From NCBI RefSeq assembly GCF_963921235.1, contig NC_086097.1, forward strand, positions 122,514,001 through 122,578,000: 64,000 nt of DNA, in the 5' to 3' direction. Under the pieces are notes generated by a model that worked only from the letters and a program-made list of their open reading frames with translations, was not told where the DNA came from and did not search any database. Below, one piece after another: positions 1 to 12,791 of this stretch; the first letter of the stretch is position 1, and every line of letters begins with the position of its first letter. A program made the position numbers and the translations under genes. Source of the DNA: Mobula hypostoma. Taxonomy: Eukaryota.

Positions 1-449
1 AATCTCAGAGGGAGAATGCAGGACAAACAGCTGAGACAAATTGAGGGCTCTTCAAACAAGGAGGTTTGATGTTTCACTCCTCGACAAACAGTCATGCCGA
101 GGGACTATAGAGGTGATCAAAAGAAGGTACTTGGAAAGGTTAAGGACAGACCTGGACCACTCTCCTGTACAGTAGATATTGTGTCTGAAGTCATCTGGAG
201 ATGACACATTGATTGGTTGAGGAGAGCAGAGCCAATTGTTAGAGAAGAAATCTGTCTAGAACTTTCAGAACCACTTCTTTCAGTCCCAGAGTCAACTCCT
301 ACAAACATTACAGAGGAGGCCCCACAACCTGAAATTGTTTCACGTTCACAATTCTCATTTGCAGAGCAGAGTGACCCCTCCCCCACCCTTCTCAGGAAAG
401 ATGATATCCTGCAAGGGTAAGAAATACTCCACAGTGATTAAATCTTTAA
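1..449 (+). mobile_element. Gypsy-type LTR retrotransposon, decayed integrase C-terminus
   Basis: Frame 1 reads ...F TP.QTV..RDYRGDQKKVLGKVKDRPGPLSCTVDI...VIWR*HIDWLRR, matching the Gypsy integrase C-terminal pattern (V.vRdy..kW..G.i...GP.sy.V...WrRHiDqLR). A shifted frame ends in an RYP.R.R.P..L-like tail. It contains internal stops. Confidence 0.75.
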
Positions 450-573
450 GCCTGAATGGGAAATTTAAATTTACTACACTGTGGATGACTCTCTAGTTGT
501 TTTATATGGTATGCTGTGTGCATAGCTGAGATGCATACTGTATTGAGTTGGAGTTTATAGCTAACCATAAACT

Positions 574-741
574 TGTTGTTTACATAATTCATTATAGGTT
601 GTATGTTAAAGTACATGAATGGCATACATCAGTTTGCCACCACATCATATGTGTGTACTCCACTAAAGTACAGACAAGTTACTCTCGACTCTGTGTTTTT
701 GTTTCAAGTAGTTTTATGTTTTGGAGTTACAAATCGTAACA
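574..741 (+). mobile_element. Putative 3' LTR of the Gypsy remnant
   Basis: TGTTG...GTAACA termini directly downstream of the integrase remnant; the PPT is degraded. Confidence 0.35.
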
Positions 742-759
742 CATCTAACTTTGTCTAAC

Positions 760-1100
760 CCTGTCCATCACAGGGAAAGCCCTCCCCACCTTTTGAGTAC
801 ATCTACAAGGAGTGCTGCCACAAGAAAGCAGCATCCATCATCAATTACTCCCACTATTCTGGCCATGCTCTTTTATGGCTGCTACCTTTGGAAAGGAGGT
901 ACAGGAGCCTCAGGTCCCATACCACCAAGTTCAGGAACAGTTATTACCCTACACTCATCAGATTCCCAAACCAGTGTGGATAACTTCATTCACCACAATG
1001 TTGAACCGATTCCACAACCTACAGACTCACTTTAAAGGGCTCCACAACTCATGTTCACAGTATTACTTATTTACTTATTTATTATCATTGTTTTTTTCTC
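760..1100 (+). mobile_element. Rex1/Babar LINE 3' fragment
   Basis: Decayed KAASII....GHA.F..LP.GRRYRS C-terminus plus a 3' UTR shared with many copies in the window. Confidence 0.65.
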
Positions 1101-2689
1101 AGCTCAAGCTGGTAAAGCCTGAGATACGGGCATAGCCAAGCATGCTCGTTTCTCAATTGCTAGGAACATTCAAGCTATTCTAGTGGTGTTTACTATTGTG
1201 GCTTTCTGAAGATGTACATAAATACTGCTCCATATAGGCCTCATTGTTTAATGCTAATGTGTAGTAAATTTAGCCTGATATCAGTTGGGGAAATGTGTAC
1301 CTTGTTCATACCCCACAGTCTTTCAATTCCTTTTTTAATTCAGTATATTGCTGTTGTTTTTCACTTATTGATTTCTGTATGCTATGTGTGTTTGGAATGG
1401 GTATATCTAGTAAGTAGGTTGTTCTTGCTTGTTTATCCTGTAATTTTATATTTGGACGGTTATTATGGATTGTCCTATCTGTAATAATGGATCAGTCATA
1501 ACACAGTTTGTAGGACTCTGACTCTAAATCTGGATCAGTCTTGTATTTATAGTAAAGTATAATGATTTCATGAGTTTGTATTTTAAAGCAAGATTTTGGT
1601 GAATGATGTTTGCCACTTGATAGTGCCTGTGTGAGTAATCAGATTCAGTTAAACTACTGCAGTAGATTATTGTGTCTTTTGTATTTGCAGTTTAACTCCT
1701 TTTGCACATTGGTTGTTTGTAAGTCTTGATGTGTAATTTTTCATTGATCCTATTGTAGTTCTTTCTGTGAATGCCTGCAAGAAAATGAATCTCAGGGCAG
1801 TAAATGATGACACATACATATACGTACCTTGATAATAAATTTACTTTGAACTTCAAGGTACTAAATTCACTTACATGTGCTGTGGTTGGCCACTGAGTAA
1901 TGGCTATTGCTGGATCTCCCTGATCCATTTGCTGTCATCTCACTGGCAGACCTCATAAGGAAGTTCTTAACATCTATTTTATACTAAAATCTTACTTGGA
2001 AACAGGGTCTCCACTATCTCCCATTTTTATTTGTGCTAAGTATTCACTATTGTGCACAGAGGGCATTGTACACAAAATGCTTCGAGCAATGCTTTTTTTA
2101 TAATTTAAATTAAAACAGTTATCTTATGAGATATCTCTGGCATCTTTTTCATTCTGTTTGGCTTTGTGAGGTGCATTAAGTTAGCTTGTGGGCACTCTAC
2201 AATATTACATGCCATATTAGCTGATTTGCTGCTGCCTAAGATTTTCAGTAGCAAACATCTCCTCTGAAGCAATTCTAAATCGTTTGTAGTGCTATGACTA
2301 TGGCAACAAGAATATAAATGAACAGTAGCATTTAGAGGAAAGCAAAATCCTGCTGTAAGAATAAAGGGAAGCGGGTTTGAAAGGCAGACAGTCACCCTCG
2401 TTCAGAAGTAGACTGATTTATGTTAGCTCTTGGCTGTGGTAGTTTCTCTTGAAGTTTAAAACATTGTAAATAAATCTGATCAAAGGCTGTGACAGTCATA
2501 TTGTAAGTGTTGGCAGCTATTGTTAAGCACTGAGACCACTTGCCTATCAAAGAGTACATAGTATGATGTAAGAGTGATGTGTTGAGAGAATAACAGCTCA
2601 GAGTGCAATTTGGTGAATTAATACATCAATCCAGTATATAATTGCAAGCAAATTCAAAGCAGAGAATATTTGTGCTCAAGGCGATAGCT

Positions 2690-3030
2690 ACAAAAGCTTG
2701 CCAGTTCCACCATGGACACTAGACTCCCAACATCATCGAGGGCACCTTCAAATGGCGTTGCCTCAAAAAGGCAACATCCAACATTAAGGACCCCACATCA
2801 CCCAGGACAGGCTCCCTTCTTATTGCTTCCATCAGGGAGGAGGTACAGGAGCCTGAAGACACACACTCAACATTTTAGGAGTAACTTCTTCCCCTCTGCC
2901 ATCAGATTTCTGAATAGTCAATGAATCAATTCATGAACACAACCTTATAATTTATTGCTTTTTTAAGTATTGTTCTGTACTGTTGCCACAAAACAACAAA
3001 TTTCACACCATATTCCAGTGATATCAGACC
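2690..3030 (+). mobile_element. Rex1/Babar LINE 3' fragment
   Basis: HHPGQAPFLLLPSGRRYRSLKTHTQHFRSNFFPSAIRFLN, homologous to the C-terminus of the RT ORF at 55486-56424. Confidence 0.8.
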
Positions 3031-3034
3031 TCAT

Positions 3035-3345
3035 TGTGAGAGTGGACATAGCCTCAAGATTCGTGGGTGCAAATTTAGGACGGAGATAGGAAAGAACTGC
3101 TTTTCCCAGAGAGTGGTGAATCTGTGGAATTCTCTGCCCAATGAAGCAGTGAAGGCTACCTCAGTAAGTATATTTAAGACAAGGTTGGATAGATTTTTGC
3201 ATAGCAGGGGAATTAAAGGTTGTGGGGAAAAGCCAGGTAGGTAGAGATGAGTCCGCGGCCGGATCAGCCATGATCTTATTGAATGGCAGAGCAGGCTCGA
3301 CAGGCCAGATGGCCAACTCCTACTCCTATTTCTTATGTTCTTATG
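3035..3345 (+). mobile_element. CR1 LINE 3' end
   Basis: CAGAGAGTGGTGAATCTGTGGAATTCTCTGCC, then GATCAGCCATGATC...GGCC..CTCCT and a TTCTTATG tail, as in the CR1 at 48600-48919. Confidence 0.8.
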
Positions 3346-3927
3346 AATTATGGTTCTAATTCAGGTTTGTTTAAGTTTCATTCCAGGAGACTGGACAGTG
3401 TCATGATGCTATTTTTCATCACGACTCAATGCTTGAAGGACAGGAAGGGGAAAAGCCATGACAAGAAGTTTTCTACATTGTCAGATTGGAAGCAATTTCC
3501 ACCTGGGTGACAAAAGGAGATCTTTTTCATTAAAACTGTTAAGATATCACCAACAGAAGATGTGTGGAATCACAGGCCAAAAGAATCAAGGAATGAGAAC
3601 GAAGGACCTGGAGGAGGCCATTCATCCCCTTGACCCCAAACTAGCATTCAATGATTTAGTGAATGATGTGGTTGAACAGGGCAGATTTGGATATAGATTC
3701 CTGCATAACCTCTGAATTGTTTTTATCTCATTCTGTGTTTATTTCCGGTGATGCTGAATGGGCTACTAGTTCATTATTTCCGCCCCCCCCCCCCCACTTT
3801 TCCATTATCACACAGTCATAATTTGTAAGGATTTTGGTCAGGCAAAAATGCCTGCTTGTTACATTCTAACATCTGAACCAATACAAGTGATCTTTGCTGT
3901 ACTCGTGATGCTTTCCTGCAAGAAATA

Positions 3928-4436
3928 TACTCAGTAGCTACCTTATTAGGTACACCTGTACACGTGATTGTTAGGGCATTTATCTCATCAGCCAATCATG
4001 CGGCAGCAATTCAATGCATAACAGCATGCAGACATGGTCAAGAGGTTCGTTTGCTGCTGTGACCAAGTATCAGAATGGGGAAGAAATGGCATCTGAGTGA
4101 CTTTGACCATGGAATGATTGTCGATTCCAGATGAAGTGGTTTGATTATCTCAAAAACTACTGATCTCCTGGGATTTTCATGCACAATACTCTCTAGAGTT
4201 TACAGAGAATGATGTGTACAACAAAAAAAAGATCCAGTGAGTAGTGGTTCCATAGGTGAAAGTGCCTTGTCAGAGGAGAGTGCCCAAACTGGTTCAAACT
4301 GACAGAAGAACATCTCTGAATGCACAACATGTTGAACCTTGAAATAGATGGGTTACAGCAGCAGAAGACGATGAACGTATACTCAGTGACCACTTTATTA
4401 GGTAGAGGAGGTACCTAAAAAAGTAACCACTGAGTG
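3928..4436 (+). mobile_element. Non-autonomous Tc1-like DNA transposon
   Basis: TIRs ACTCAGT(G/A)GC.AC.TTATTAGGTAC and GTACCTAA.AAAGT..CCACTGAGTG, flanked by TA (3926-27, 4437-38). Decayed N-terminal HTH: MGKK..LSDFD.GMIV...LLGFS.T..SRVYRE. Confidence 0.8.
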
Positions 4437-4609
4437 TAAGGCAAAGCTCTTAATCCCAGAGGCTGGAATATTTGATTGTTCCAATGGGAAATTATTTTAA
4501 GGTTACCTGGAGGAAGAATGGAGCAAACTGCCACCTTTAACTTGGAGGACCTGTGGAAATGTGGTGTGCTGCACCCAGAAGGTCTATAATACATAGTTTT
4601 ATAGGTCTA

Positions 4610-6020
4610 TAATACACAGAGACAGTGGTGAGTATCCTGACTGGTTGCATCACAGCACAGTAAAGGAAAACACTACAGAAAGTGGTGGATACAGCCTAGT
4701 CCATCAGAGGCAAAGTCCTCTCCACCATTAGGAATATCTACAAGGGGCGCTGCCACAAGAAAGCAGCATCCATCGTCATGGACCCCCACCATCCATTGTG
4801 ATGGACCCCCACCATCCAGGCCACACTCTCTTCTTGCTACTGCCATCAGGAAGGAGGTACAGAAGCCTTAGGTCCCTCACCACCAGGATCAGGAACAGTT
4901 ATTACCTTAATCATCATGCTCTGAACCAGTGTGGATAACTTCAAGAACCTCAGCTCTGAACTGATTCCACAACATACAGACTCATTTTCAAGGACTATAC
5001 AATTAATGTTCTCAGTAGTTATTTATTTGTTTGTTTATATTGTTACATACTCCGTAACTGGGTTGCCAAACCAGCAGGAATGGAACGCTTGTTGGAGTCT
5101 GGATTACTAGGAACTAATAAAGTTTAATTAAAGAAATAAGTAATACAGTACAATAATCGTAAGGATATAAATGTAACAGGTTAGCAATGATAATACACAC
5201 ATATACACAGAACTAGGGTAATAGGAATCAGCCGAGCTCTATCGCAGTTTAGGGGTAAAATGATCAGTTTTAAGTGAAGCAGATTTCAGTTCAGTTTAGT
5301 GCAGTTCGCAGTAATCGCTGTTGTTGTACCGTTGGAGAGAGAGAGAGAGAGAGAGATGCAATTTGGTTTCAGGCAGACCTTTTGGATGTCTTCGCAGTTG
5401 GTTTCAGGCAGACCCTTTGATGTCTTCTATCCCACTGTGGTCACCGACTGTGACCCCTCCGTTCCAGATACGATCGTTCTTCCGTGGTGAACCCGGCGCT
5501 CAGGCAAGGGCGGACACACACCCCAGGTTCCCACCGATCGTACCTTTACACTCTGTGAGCCTCTGGTCGGTTCCCGCAAACCGGACCTCCAAACTTTCAC
5601 CAACTTGTGGGGGCACACTACTCTTTCCAGGGTCTCGTGGTCATCGTGCCTTAGCAAACCTGCTCCTTTTATCCCCCTGCTGGGGTATCACCTGTCCATC
5701 ATACTTCAAACAGTTCAGTTTCAAAGCAACCGGTCTGTCAATAGCTGAATTGTGTTTCTTTTCAGTTTATCCCTCTCTTCTCCCTTATTAGCATTTTGAA
5801 TGTTTCTCCATTGTCTTTCTTATCTCTCTCATTAGCATCATCAGTCCGGTACCTCTGCTGGGCGTCACACATGACAATATATTTACACAATTTGCCATTT
5901 GCACATTGGTGGTTTGTCACTCTTTGTTTATGTTTAGCTTTTCATAAATGCTATTGTATTTCCTTATTTTCCTGTAAATTCTTGCAAGAAAATGAATCTC
6001 AAGGTAGTAAATGGTGACGT
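4610..6020 (+). mobile_element. Rex1/Babar 3' fragment interrupted by a solo LTR
   Basis: HHPGHTLFLLLPSGRRYRSL motif at about 4810-4870; the 3' UTR resumes after 5880. Confidence 0.7.
5041..5876 (-). mobile_element. Solo LTR (836 bp)
   Basis: TGTTAC...ATGACA termini with 4-bp TSD ATAT (5037-40, 5877-80). CpG-rich, with an internal (GA)n. Orientation inferred from a TATA-like GATAAAAG on the minus strand near 5670. Confidence 0.8.
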
Positions 6021-6061
6021 ATTTACTCCAGTGTCTTCCAATGTTGCTGGTTTATTTCCAG

Positions 6062-6144
6062 CAAGGCTTGTGTGCTACCAACAGTACTAATCAAGTTTGC
6101 AGTGTCCTTCTTGCTGACATCACACACTGGTTAATGCAACCTCG
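6062..6144 (+). other. Candidate internal exon (83 nt), unidentified
   Basis: Acceptor tttatttccag, donor CG|gtgagt; one frame is open (QGLCATNSTNQVCSVLLADITHWLMQP). Lies in non-repeat DNA. Confidence 0.25.
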
Positions 6145-7925
6145 GTGAGTCCAATAACCCAAATGCCAAGGATTCAATTTAATTCATCTGCTGGAATCCT
6201 ACTTCCCACCTTACAAAATGAGATGCACTGCATCTGGCTAATTGTAAACTTTTCCCATTAAGATAAAATAATTTTCATTAAAGTGGTTCTGTCCACAGTC
6301 TACTAAACCAGGAATAAAAATTTGACTGTCCAATTCTTTAATAAAAGGGATTCATCCAATTCTGGTAATCCACTATCTGTTTGTTTGGAAACACTGGCGG
6401 CTAGGCATTTGTCTCGGCGGGTGCTGATTCCCAAACTCTTTCTCAACCTCAGACTTTGTCTCAGTTCCTGCGCTCCCTCAAAAGTATGGAAGCTCCAGTT
6501 CCTGCACCCAGCAAACACGTTGGGGTCCGACTTCTTGTTTGCTCTTTAGAGCATTGTGGCTCTGCTTCCTGTTCTTCCTCTCGCAAACCTAGACCATGGT
6601 TTCTACCATCCATTTAAGTTCATCAAAGCCCAGTTACCACGCTAGCTTTAAACTCACTGACACCCAGATCCCTGGCACTCTTGAAATTTACCAAGGCCAC
6701 TGTTTCACTCTTCCTTGAAACTCACCTGATTCCATTTCCCCCACTACCTTGAATCTTTATAGGTTCATTGTGAAATTTATTACACCACTTTACTGTTTAA
6801 TATATAAAAAAAAGTAAATTATAAGAGCCGTGGAAGTGCAGAATCATAGAACTCTACAGCATAGAAACAGTGATGGGACCATTAATTGGGAATAACATCC
6901 AAAAGTCCATAAAATCTGCCGATTCAGCATTACCAAATTGCTGAACATGCTGGATCACTACGTTCCTTCTGGAAAGTGCTACAGGACGATTAAAAAAAAG
7001 TCCTGCCATCTTAAAAGTTTCTTCCCCCAGGCAGTTAATCTGATCAACCGTTCTAGTTAGTACTCCCACCCCCATCTATTAGTCACTGCACTGCACTGTA
7101 GACATTAAAACATCTATTTTCATAATGCTGTTTACATTGTAAGTACCTGCTGGTGTTTATGCAGATTTTATTTGATATCCATCTGTACTTTTTATATAAT
7201 TTCTTTATTCTTTATAGTTGTTGATTGGTTATTTGTTCCATGTTGTACAGACAAATTGTTAATGCATGTAAATACTGTTTCTGGTGATTAAAGCTGATCA
7301 TCGATCCTTCATTATTGATCACTATATATCATTTTTAATCTGCAGCTCTCTCTATTGGTTTATCACTAAGTCCTTCTCCTTTTAGACTGTCCCTGTGTTC
7401 TAGAGGGAGCACGAGAATTGTACTTGGAAAGTTCAGGAACTGGAACTTCCATATGTTTGAGGCGGTATGTAGTTTTCCCCCAGGCACTGATGTAACGTGT
7501 TCAATACCATCCCAATTGTAGCATCTCCAGTTAGAGTGATCATGGGCTAGACATTATCAGAGAGTAAGACAAGATGGGCTGACAGCCTCTTTCTGTACTG
7601 TAGTGCTCTATGACTCACTGAGGTCATTACATCTCTTCAAGAAGATTCTGAATGCATCTGTAAGTCCTTTTCCTTCTTTTTGCCTGATAGGAGTTGGAGT
7701 AGAGTGATTTGGGAATCTATGGAGTCTGCTGTAGGGTTTGGAAAACAAAACGTAGCCTGCTGAACCTACCCAGCCAAGTGTAAATAGGTCTTCAGATCTG
7801 TGAATGTTGGCCTGGGAATGGTCACTGAATTGGGATGTCATCCTTCCTATCAACTTGAGATGCCTTCTGTAGGCAGTCCAGAACTGCACCTAATGTCAAT
7901 ACATTAGGGGCATTGAAGAAACTCT

Positions 7926-8595
7926 TAGATTATGAGAACACTCAGTCCTCTTTTATTGTGATTTAGAAATGCATACATGCATTAAGAAATGATACAATGT
8001 TTCTCCGGAGTGATTTCACAGAAAACAAGACAGACCAAAGACTAACACTGACAGAACCACATAATTATAACATATAGTTACAGCAGTGCAAAGCAATACC
8101 ATAACTTGATAAAGAACAGACCATGGGCACAGTAAAAAAAAGTCTCCAAGTCCCGAGCGATCGACTCCTGAGTCCCCGATAGCAGGTGGCGAAAGGGAGA
8201 AACTCCCTGCCATAAACCTCCAGGCATCGTCAACTTGCCAATACCTTGGAAGCAGCCGACCCCAGCCGACACTGAGTCCATCCATCCGAAAACTCCGAGC
8301 TTCCGACCAGCCTCTCCGATACGGCCTCCTGAGCATCTTCGACCTCCCCCCAGCCGCTGAAACACGCAAAGCCGAGGATTTCGGGGACTTCAGCTCTGGA
8401 GATTCTGGTTATCACACAGTAGCAGGTGCAGCGAAGCAGGCATTCCAGAAGTTTCCCAGATGTTCTGCTGTGCGCTTAACGTCTGTCTCCATCAAATCAG
8501 AATTGTGCACGGTCCCCTACTTGACAGATAACAGATATTCATCACCGAAGTGGCCGCACACGCTGTCGTCACGCCGCCATCTTCTCCCTCCTCCC
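7926..8595 (-). mobile_element. Non-autonomous ~630-670 bp retroelement (family X, copy 1)
   Basis: Shares its 5' end (GGAGAAGATGGCG) and ~200-bp 3' end (GCATGCAT...AATAAAAGAGGACT...ATAATCTA) with 16166-16788 and 32321-32665. It splits a CR1 3' UTR (7895-7925 / 8600-8730). Confidence 0.75.
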
Positions 8596-8949
8596 AGAAG
8601 GATTTTTAGGCACATGGATGATAGAAAAATGGAGAACTATGTAGGATGGAAGGGTTAGATTTATCTTAGAGGTCAGTGCAACATCATGGGCCAAAGGGCC
8701 CATACTGTGCTGTAATGTTCTATGTTCTATGCTAACTCAGAAGCCTACCTGCAAGCAGGTTTCACAACAGAAGGCAGTGAGTTTTGTAGATTAAGACCTT
8801 GGACCTATTATAAAGCTCATTGTCTATATTGGGATATACTAATTCATTTCAAAGTTTTTTGCAAAGAAATAGTTTTGATGTTCAAATTGTGTCCCAGTAG
8901 CATGGGTTCCTATTCTTCTTACTAATCATGAGAGTGAATGGTGAAGAGA

Positions 8950-9265
8950 GATTGGCTTTATTTGTCACATCTCCATCAAGTTATTGAAGCGTACAGTGAA
9001 ATTAGTCATTTGCGTCAAATCAAATCCATGAAGATTGTACAGCCCGCAAGTGTCACCATCCTTCCAGTGCCAGCGTAGCATGTCCACGATTCACTAATCC
9101 TAACGGTACATCTTTGGAATATGGGAGGAAACCAGACAACCCAGTGGAAACACAAGCAGTCACAGAGAGAACATAAAAATTGCTCACAAACAGCAGTGGG
9201 AATCGCACCCCAATCAGTGATCACTGTAAAGCAATTATGCTGACCACTGCCCTACCATACCACCC
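8950..9265 (-). mobile_element. V-SINE/HE1-like tRNA-derived SINE
   Basis: Central TTTCCACTGGGT...TGGTTTCCTCCCA.ATTCCAAAGA domain on the minus strand, similar to 24350-24610. Confidence 0.6.
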
Positions 9266-9484
9266 AAAAGGATATTCCATCTCAGCAATATCTTTTTTAT
9301 CGCCTTGGATGGCTATATAGAAGGTCAGGGGTAATTAGCAGGAATGTGGATAGAATAAATTACAAGGAAAATTAGAGGAAGATTGAAATTTTTCTGTGAG
9401 CCAGCATCACTAATGGGCTAAATGGCCCCCTTCAATGATATGAAGAAATATGGACTTAAACACAATTCCACAATTGTATTGTGC

Positions 9485-11425
9485 TTCTAGGATTCTTCGG
9501 GATAGGATTTATAAGCAGGTGGAAAACCGCGGCCTAATTAGGGAGAGCCAGCATGGCTTTGTGCAGGGAAAATTGTGTCTTACTAACTTGATTTCTGGTA
9601 AAGAACCACCACAAACAATGGAGAGATGAGCGGAGTCAAAGCAGAAGTGAGGCAAGCGATTACAAGGCTGAATTGAGATGAGGCTGAGGCAAATTCAAGG
9701 CGAGTGAAGACGAGGCCCATCCACCAATCTAATAGTGAGGTAAGACCCGTGGTCTGATCGATCTAAGCACCAGGCTGGTTTGGAAAAGTCGGGTAGGGTG
9801 ACGAAACATGGCGACGAGTTCCAGGACCAGAGCATATTGATGCGACAGGGCCTAGGTCTTAGAATGAGGAACGACCCAATGTTTGGATGATTTAAACTCC
9901 AGGCCAGATTGAAAAGATGGGGTATCAGGACCAGAGGTGAGGGTCGGTCTGGTTTTGCTCACTGCTCCACAATGTTCACTCAGCTCTGCACTGAACTGAG
10001 GTTGTGGTCTGCTCCAGATGCATTGAGGTCTAGCTTCACGTCTGTAGACTCACTTTTGTTCTGAATGCTACTGTTTACTTTATTGTTTGCATGTTTTATT
10101 TTTCTGTCTGCACATTGAGTGTTTGACGGTCTTCCTTTTTTTAAAATTGAATCTTCTGGTTTCCTTTATTTTGTGACTGACTGTAAGGAGCCAAATCTCA
10201 AGATTGTAAAATACATACATACTTTGATAATAAATGTACTTTGAACTTTGATTGAGTTTTTTGACGAGGTGACAAGGGTGATTGATGAAGGTACAGCTAC
10301 AGATGTTGTCTGCAGGGATTTTAGTAAGGTTTTTAACAAAGTTCCTTTTGGGATGTTGATTCAGAAGATCACGATGCATAGTGAATTGGCTTGCCCATGG
10401 AAGACAGAGGGTGGTGGCTGAAGGGATTTAGTCTATCTGGAGATCTGTGATTAGTGGTGCTCCTCTGGGATCTGTACTGGGACCTCTCCACTTTGTGATG
10501 TATATAAATGACCTGAATGAAAATGTAGATGGGTTAGTTAGTAAGTTTGCAGATGATTTGATGATTGATGGCGTTGTGGGTAGCGTAGAAGACTGGCAAA
10601 GAATACAGCAGGATATAGATCAGTTGCAGATATTGGTGAAGAAGTGGCAGCTGTTAGGTGGTTTACCTTGGTACAATTGGTCAAATGTAAAGAGACAGTG
10701 CACTGTCAAGGGTAAGGCCCTCAAGAGTGTTGACGATCAGAGAGATCTTGTGGTCCAAGTTCATTGCTCCCTAAAAATGGCCACACAGGTTGATAGGGTG
10801 ATTAAGAAGGTAAGTAGTATGCTTCCCTTTATTAGTTGCGGCATTGAGTACAAGAGTCAGGAATTTATGTTGCAGCTTTATAAAACTCTAGTTAGGCTGC
10901 ACCTGGAGTATTGCATACAGTTCTGGTTTCCCCATTATAGGAAGGATGTTGAGAGGGTGCAGAAGAGGTTTACCAAGATGCTGCCTGAATTAGAGGGTGC
11001 GTGCTATAATGAGAGGTGGGACAGACTTGGTTTGTCTTTGCTGGAGCGTCAGAGGCTGAGGGGAGATCTGATAGAAGTTAACAAGTTATTAAGAGACATA
11101 GATAGGGTAGGTAGACAGTACCTTTTCCCAAGGGTTAAAATGTCTAATAGTAGAAGGCATGCATTTAAGGTGAGAGGGGGTAGGTTCAAAGGAGATATAA
11201 GGGGCAAGTTTTATTTTACCCAGAGTGCTGATTGCCTGGAATACATTACTTGGGGTGGTGGTGAAGGCAAATGCACAAGGAACTTTTAAGAGGTATTTAG
11301 TTAGGCACATGAATGTGAGGGAAATAGACGCCGTGTAGGCAGAGGGAATTAGTTTGGTTGGCTATTTGATTACTAATTTCATTGGTCCGGCCTGTTTATG
11401 TGCTGTACTGTTCTATGTTCTACGT
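9485..11425 (+). mobile_element. CR1 LINE RT and 3' end (decayed), interrupted at 9594-10249
   Basis: SQHGFV.GK.CLTNLI-like sequence at 9545-9593, resuming at 10250. ORF 10447-11289 has GAPLGSVLGPL, SKFADD and LYKTLVRLHLEYC. TTCTATG tail. Confidence 0.9.
9594..10249 (+). mobile_element. Unclassified non-autonomous retroelement inserted in CR1
   Basis: Splits the CR1 sequence AACTTGATT|GAGTTTT. GC-richer 5' part; ends in the common tail AATAAATGTACTTTGAACTTTGA. Confidence 0.6.
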
Positions 11426-12791
11426 CTTTGTCAGTTTTCAAGTTGACACCTTAATCACAGTCCCCTAAACACACATTTTTTACAGTTGTCTCCCATCATC
11501 AGACACTATATTTTCATTGTCTGGACTGATTACTGCATGGAAATAGCCCATGTGAAGAAGGTAAACAACAGATCATCCTTCTCAGCTCTTGTGATGAAGA
11601 CCAGGCAAAGTTAAAAAAGCACAATTTTACAAACTTGAGCTCCCAGAGTAGAAAACATGAAGAACACATTGCACCAAGCCAAAATGTTTGATATCGAACA
11701 TGGAAAACCTAGCAGTATGTGTGAGTTTTTTTTTCAAATTTACCCCAGGGTTACTGGATTAGGCTTTTTACTGAAGATTGCCAGCTGCCTACTAGGTTAT
11801 TGTGAACAATATTGCCAGGTCCTTTATGAAGTATGTGGTTTTAGTGCTCAGGTAGTCAACAAATCTCTCGATATTGTTTCATGTTAGAGACGTTAAACAC
11901 GTATTAATCCCCAATAAGACAGAAGTTGCATGCAAAGTCTTTCCTCACTGGATCCTGAGTGTGTATTGGTAAATGCTAATTTATCTTCAGGGTCTATAGC
12001 TGAAGCAGGATTTGGTCTCTTAGCTAATGATAAGTGACTTCTGGTCAAGATGCTGTCAGCGAACAATGATTCCATGGGTGACAACTTTCACTTAGCAAAA
12101 CTTTCCAATTATTTCACTTTCTCTGCTTGTTCTTTTTGTCTCATTTGTGTTATGAAACTGTTGGAGTCTGTGACATACAGTTTGAATGACGATTGAAGGA
12201 TCCTGCGCTGTGCCATGTCCAGAGATCTGCCTCGTGCAGATCAGAGATGGGAGCCGTAAAGGTCCGAGAACACAAGCTGACTCGTGGAAAAGACTGAAGA
12301 TGAGGTGCAGGGTCATGAGCGAGGAAGATTAAAACATCAAGGTGAATGCAGAGGGGGTCAGCATTGGCTTCGCATGTGACAGTCAGAGCTGGATCAGTGC
12401 ATTTGGCTGCGGGTTGGCGCTCGGACCCAGTTCGGCACATTCATCCCCGGGTGGGCAGAGTTCGGCCCTGGATTGCGGCATTAGGACCCAGGTTGGCGGT
12501 CACTCTGTATGGAAGGACTGAGTTCATGTGGCCGCTCTCCTCATATGCAGCAAAAAGATGTTTCCCATATTCTGAGATTTAATTGATTATTGGATTGTAC
12601 TTTATATTGGTTTCCCTAAGTTTTTCAGTGTTTTCCTTCTTGGGGTCAATTGACGGGTGAGCGATCTGTTAATTTTTTTGTGTGGGGGGGTGGGGATTTG
12701 GTACCACAGTCGCTGTTCTTTTTTGCAAGTGAGGGGGTCAGGGATTGTTATGTATAGGGGATGATTGATTGTTTCCGTGTCTGTAACATGT

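Noticed and set aside
1876..1983. Possible minus-strand exon ending at a GTAAGT donor
   Set aside because: One frame is open, but the acceptor lacks a polypyrimidine tract and the peptide is not recognisable.
5321..5791. 156-aa ORF
   Set aside because: Lies within a GC-rich solo LTR and includes a (GA)n tract; no domain similarity.
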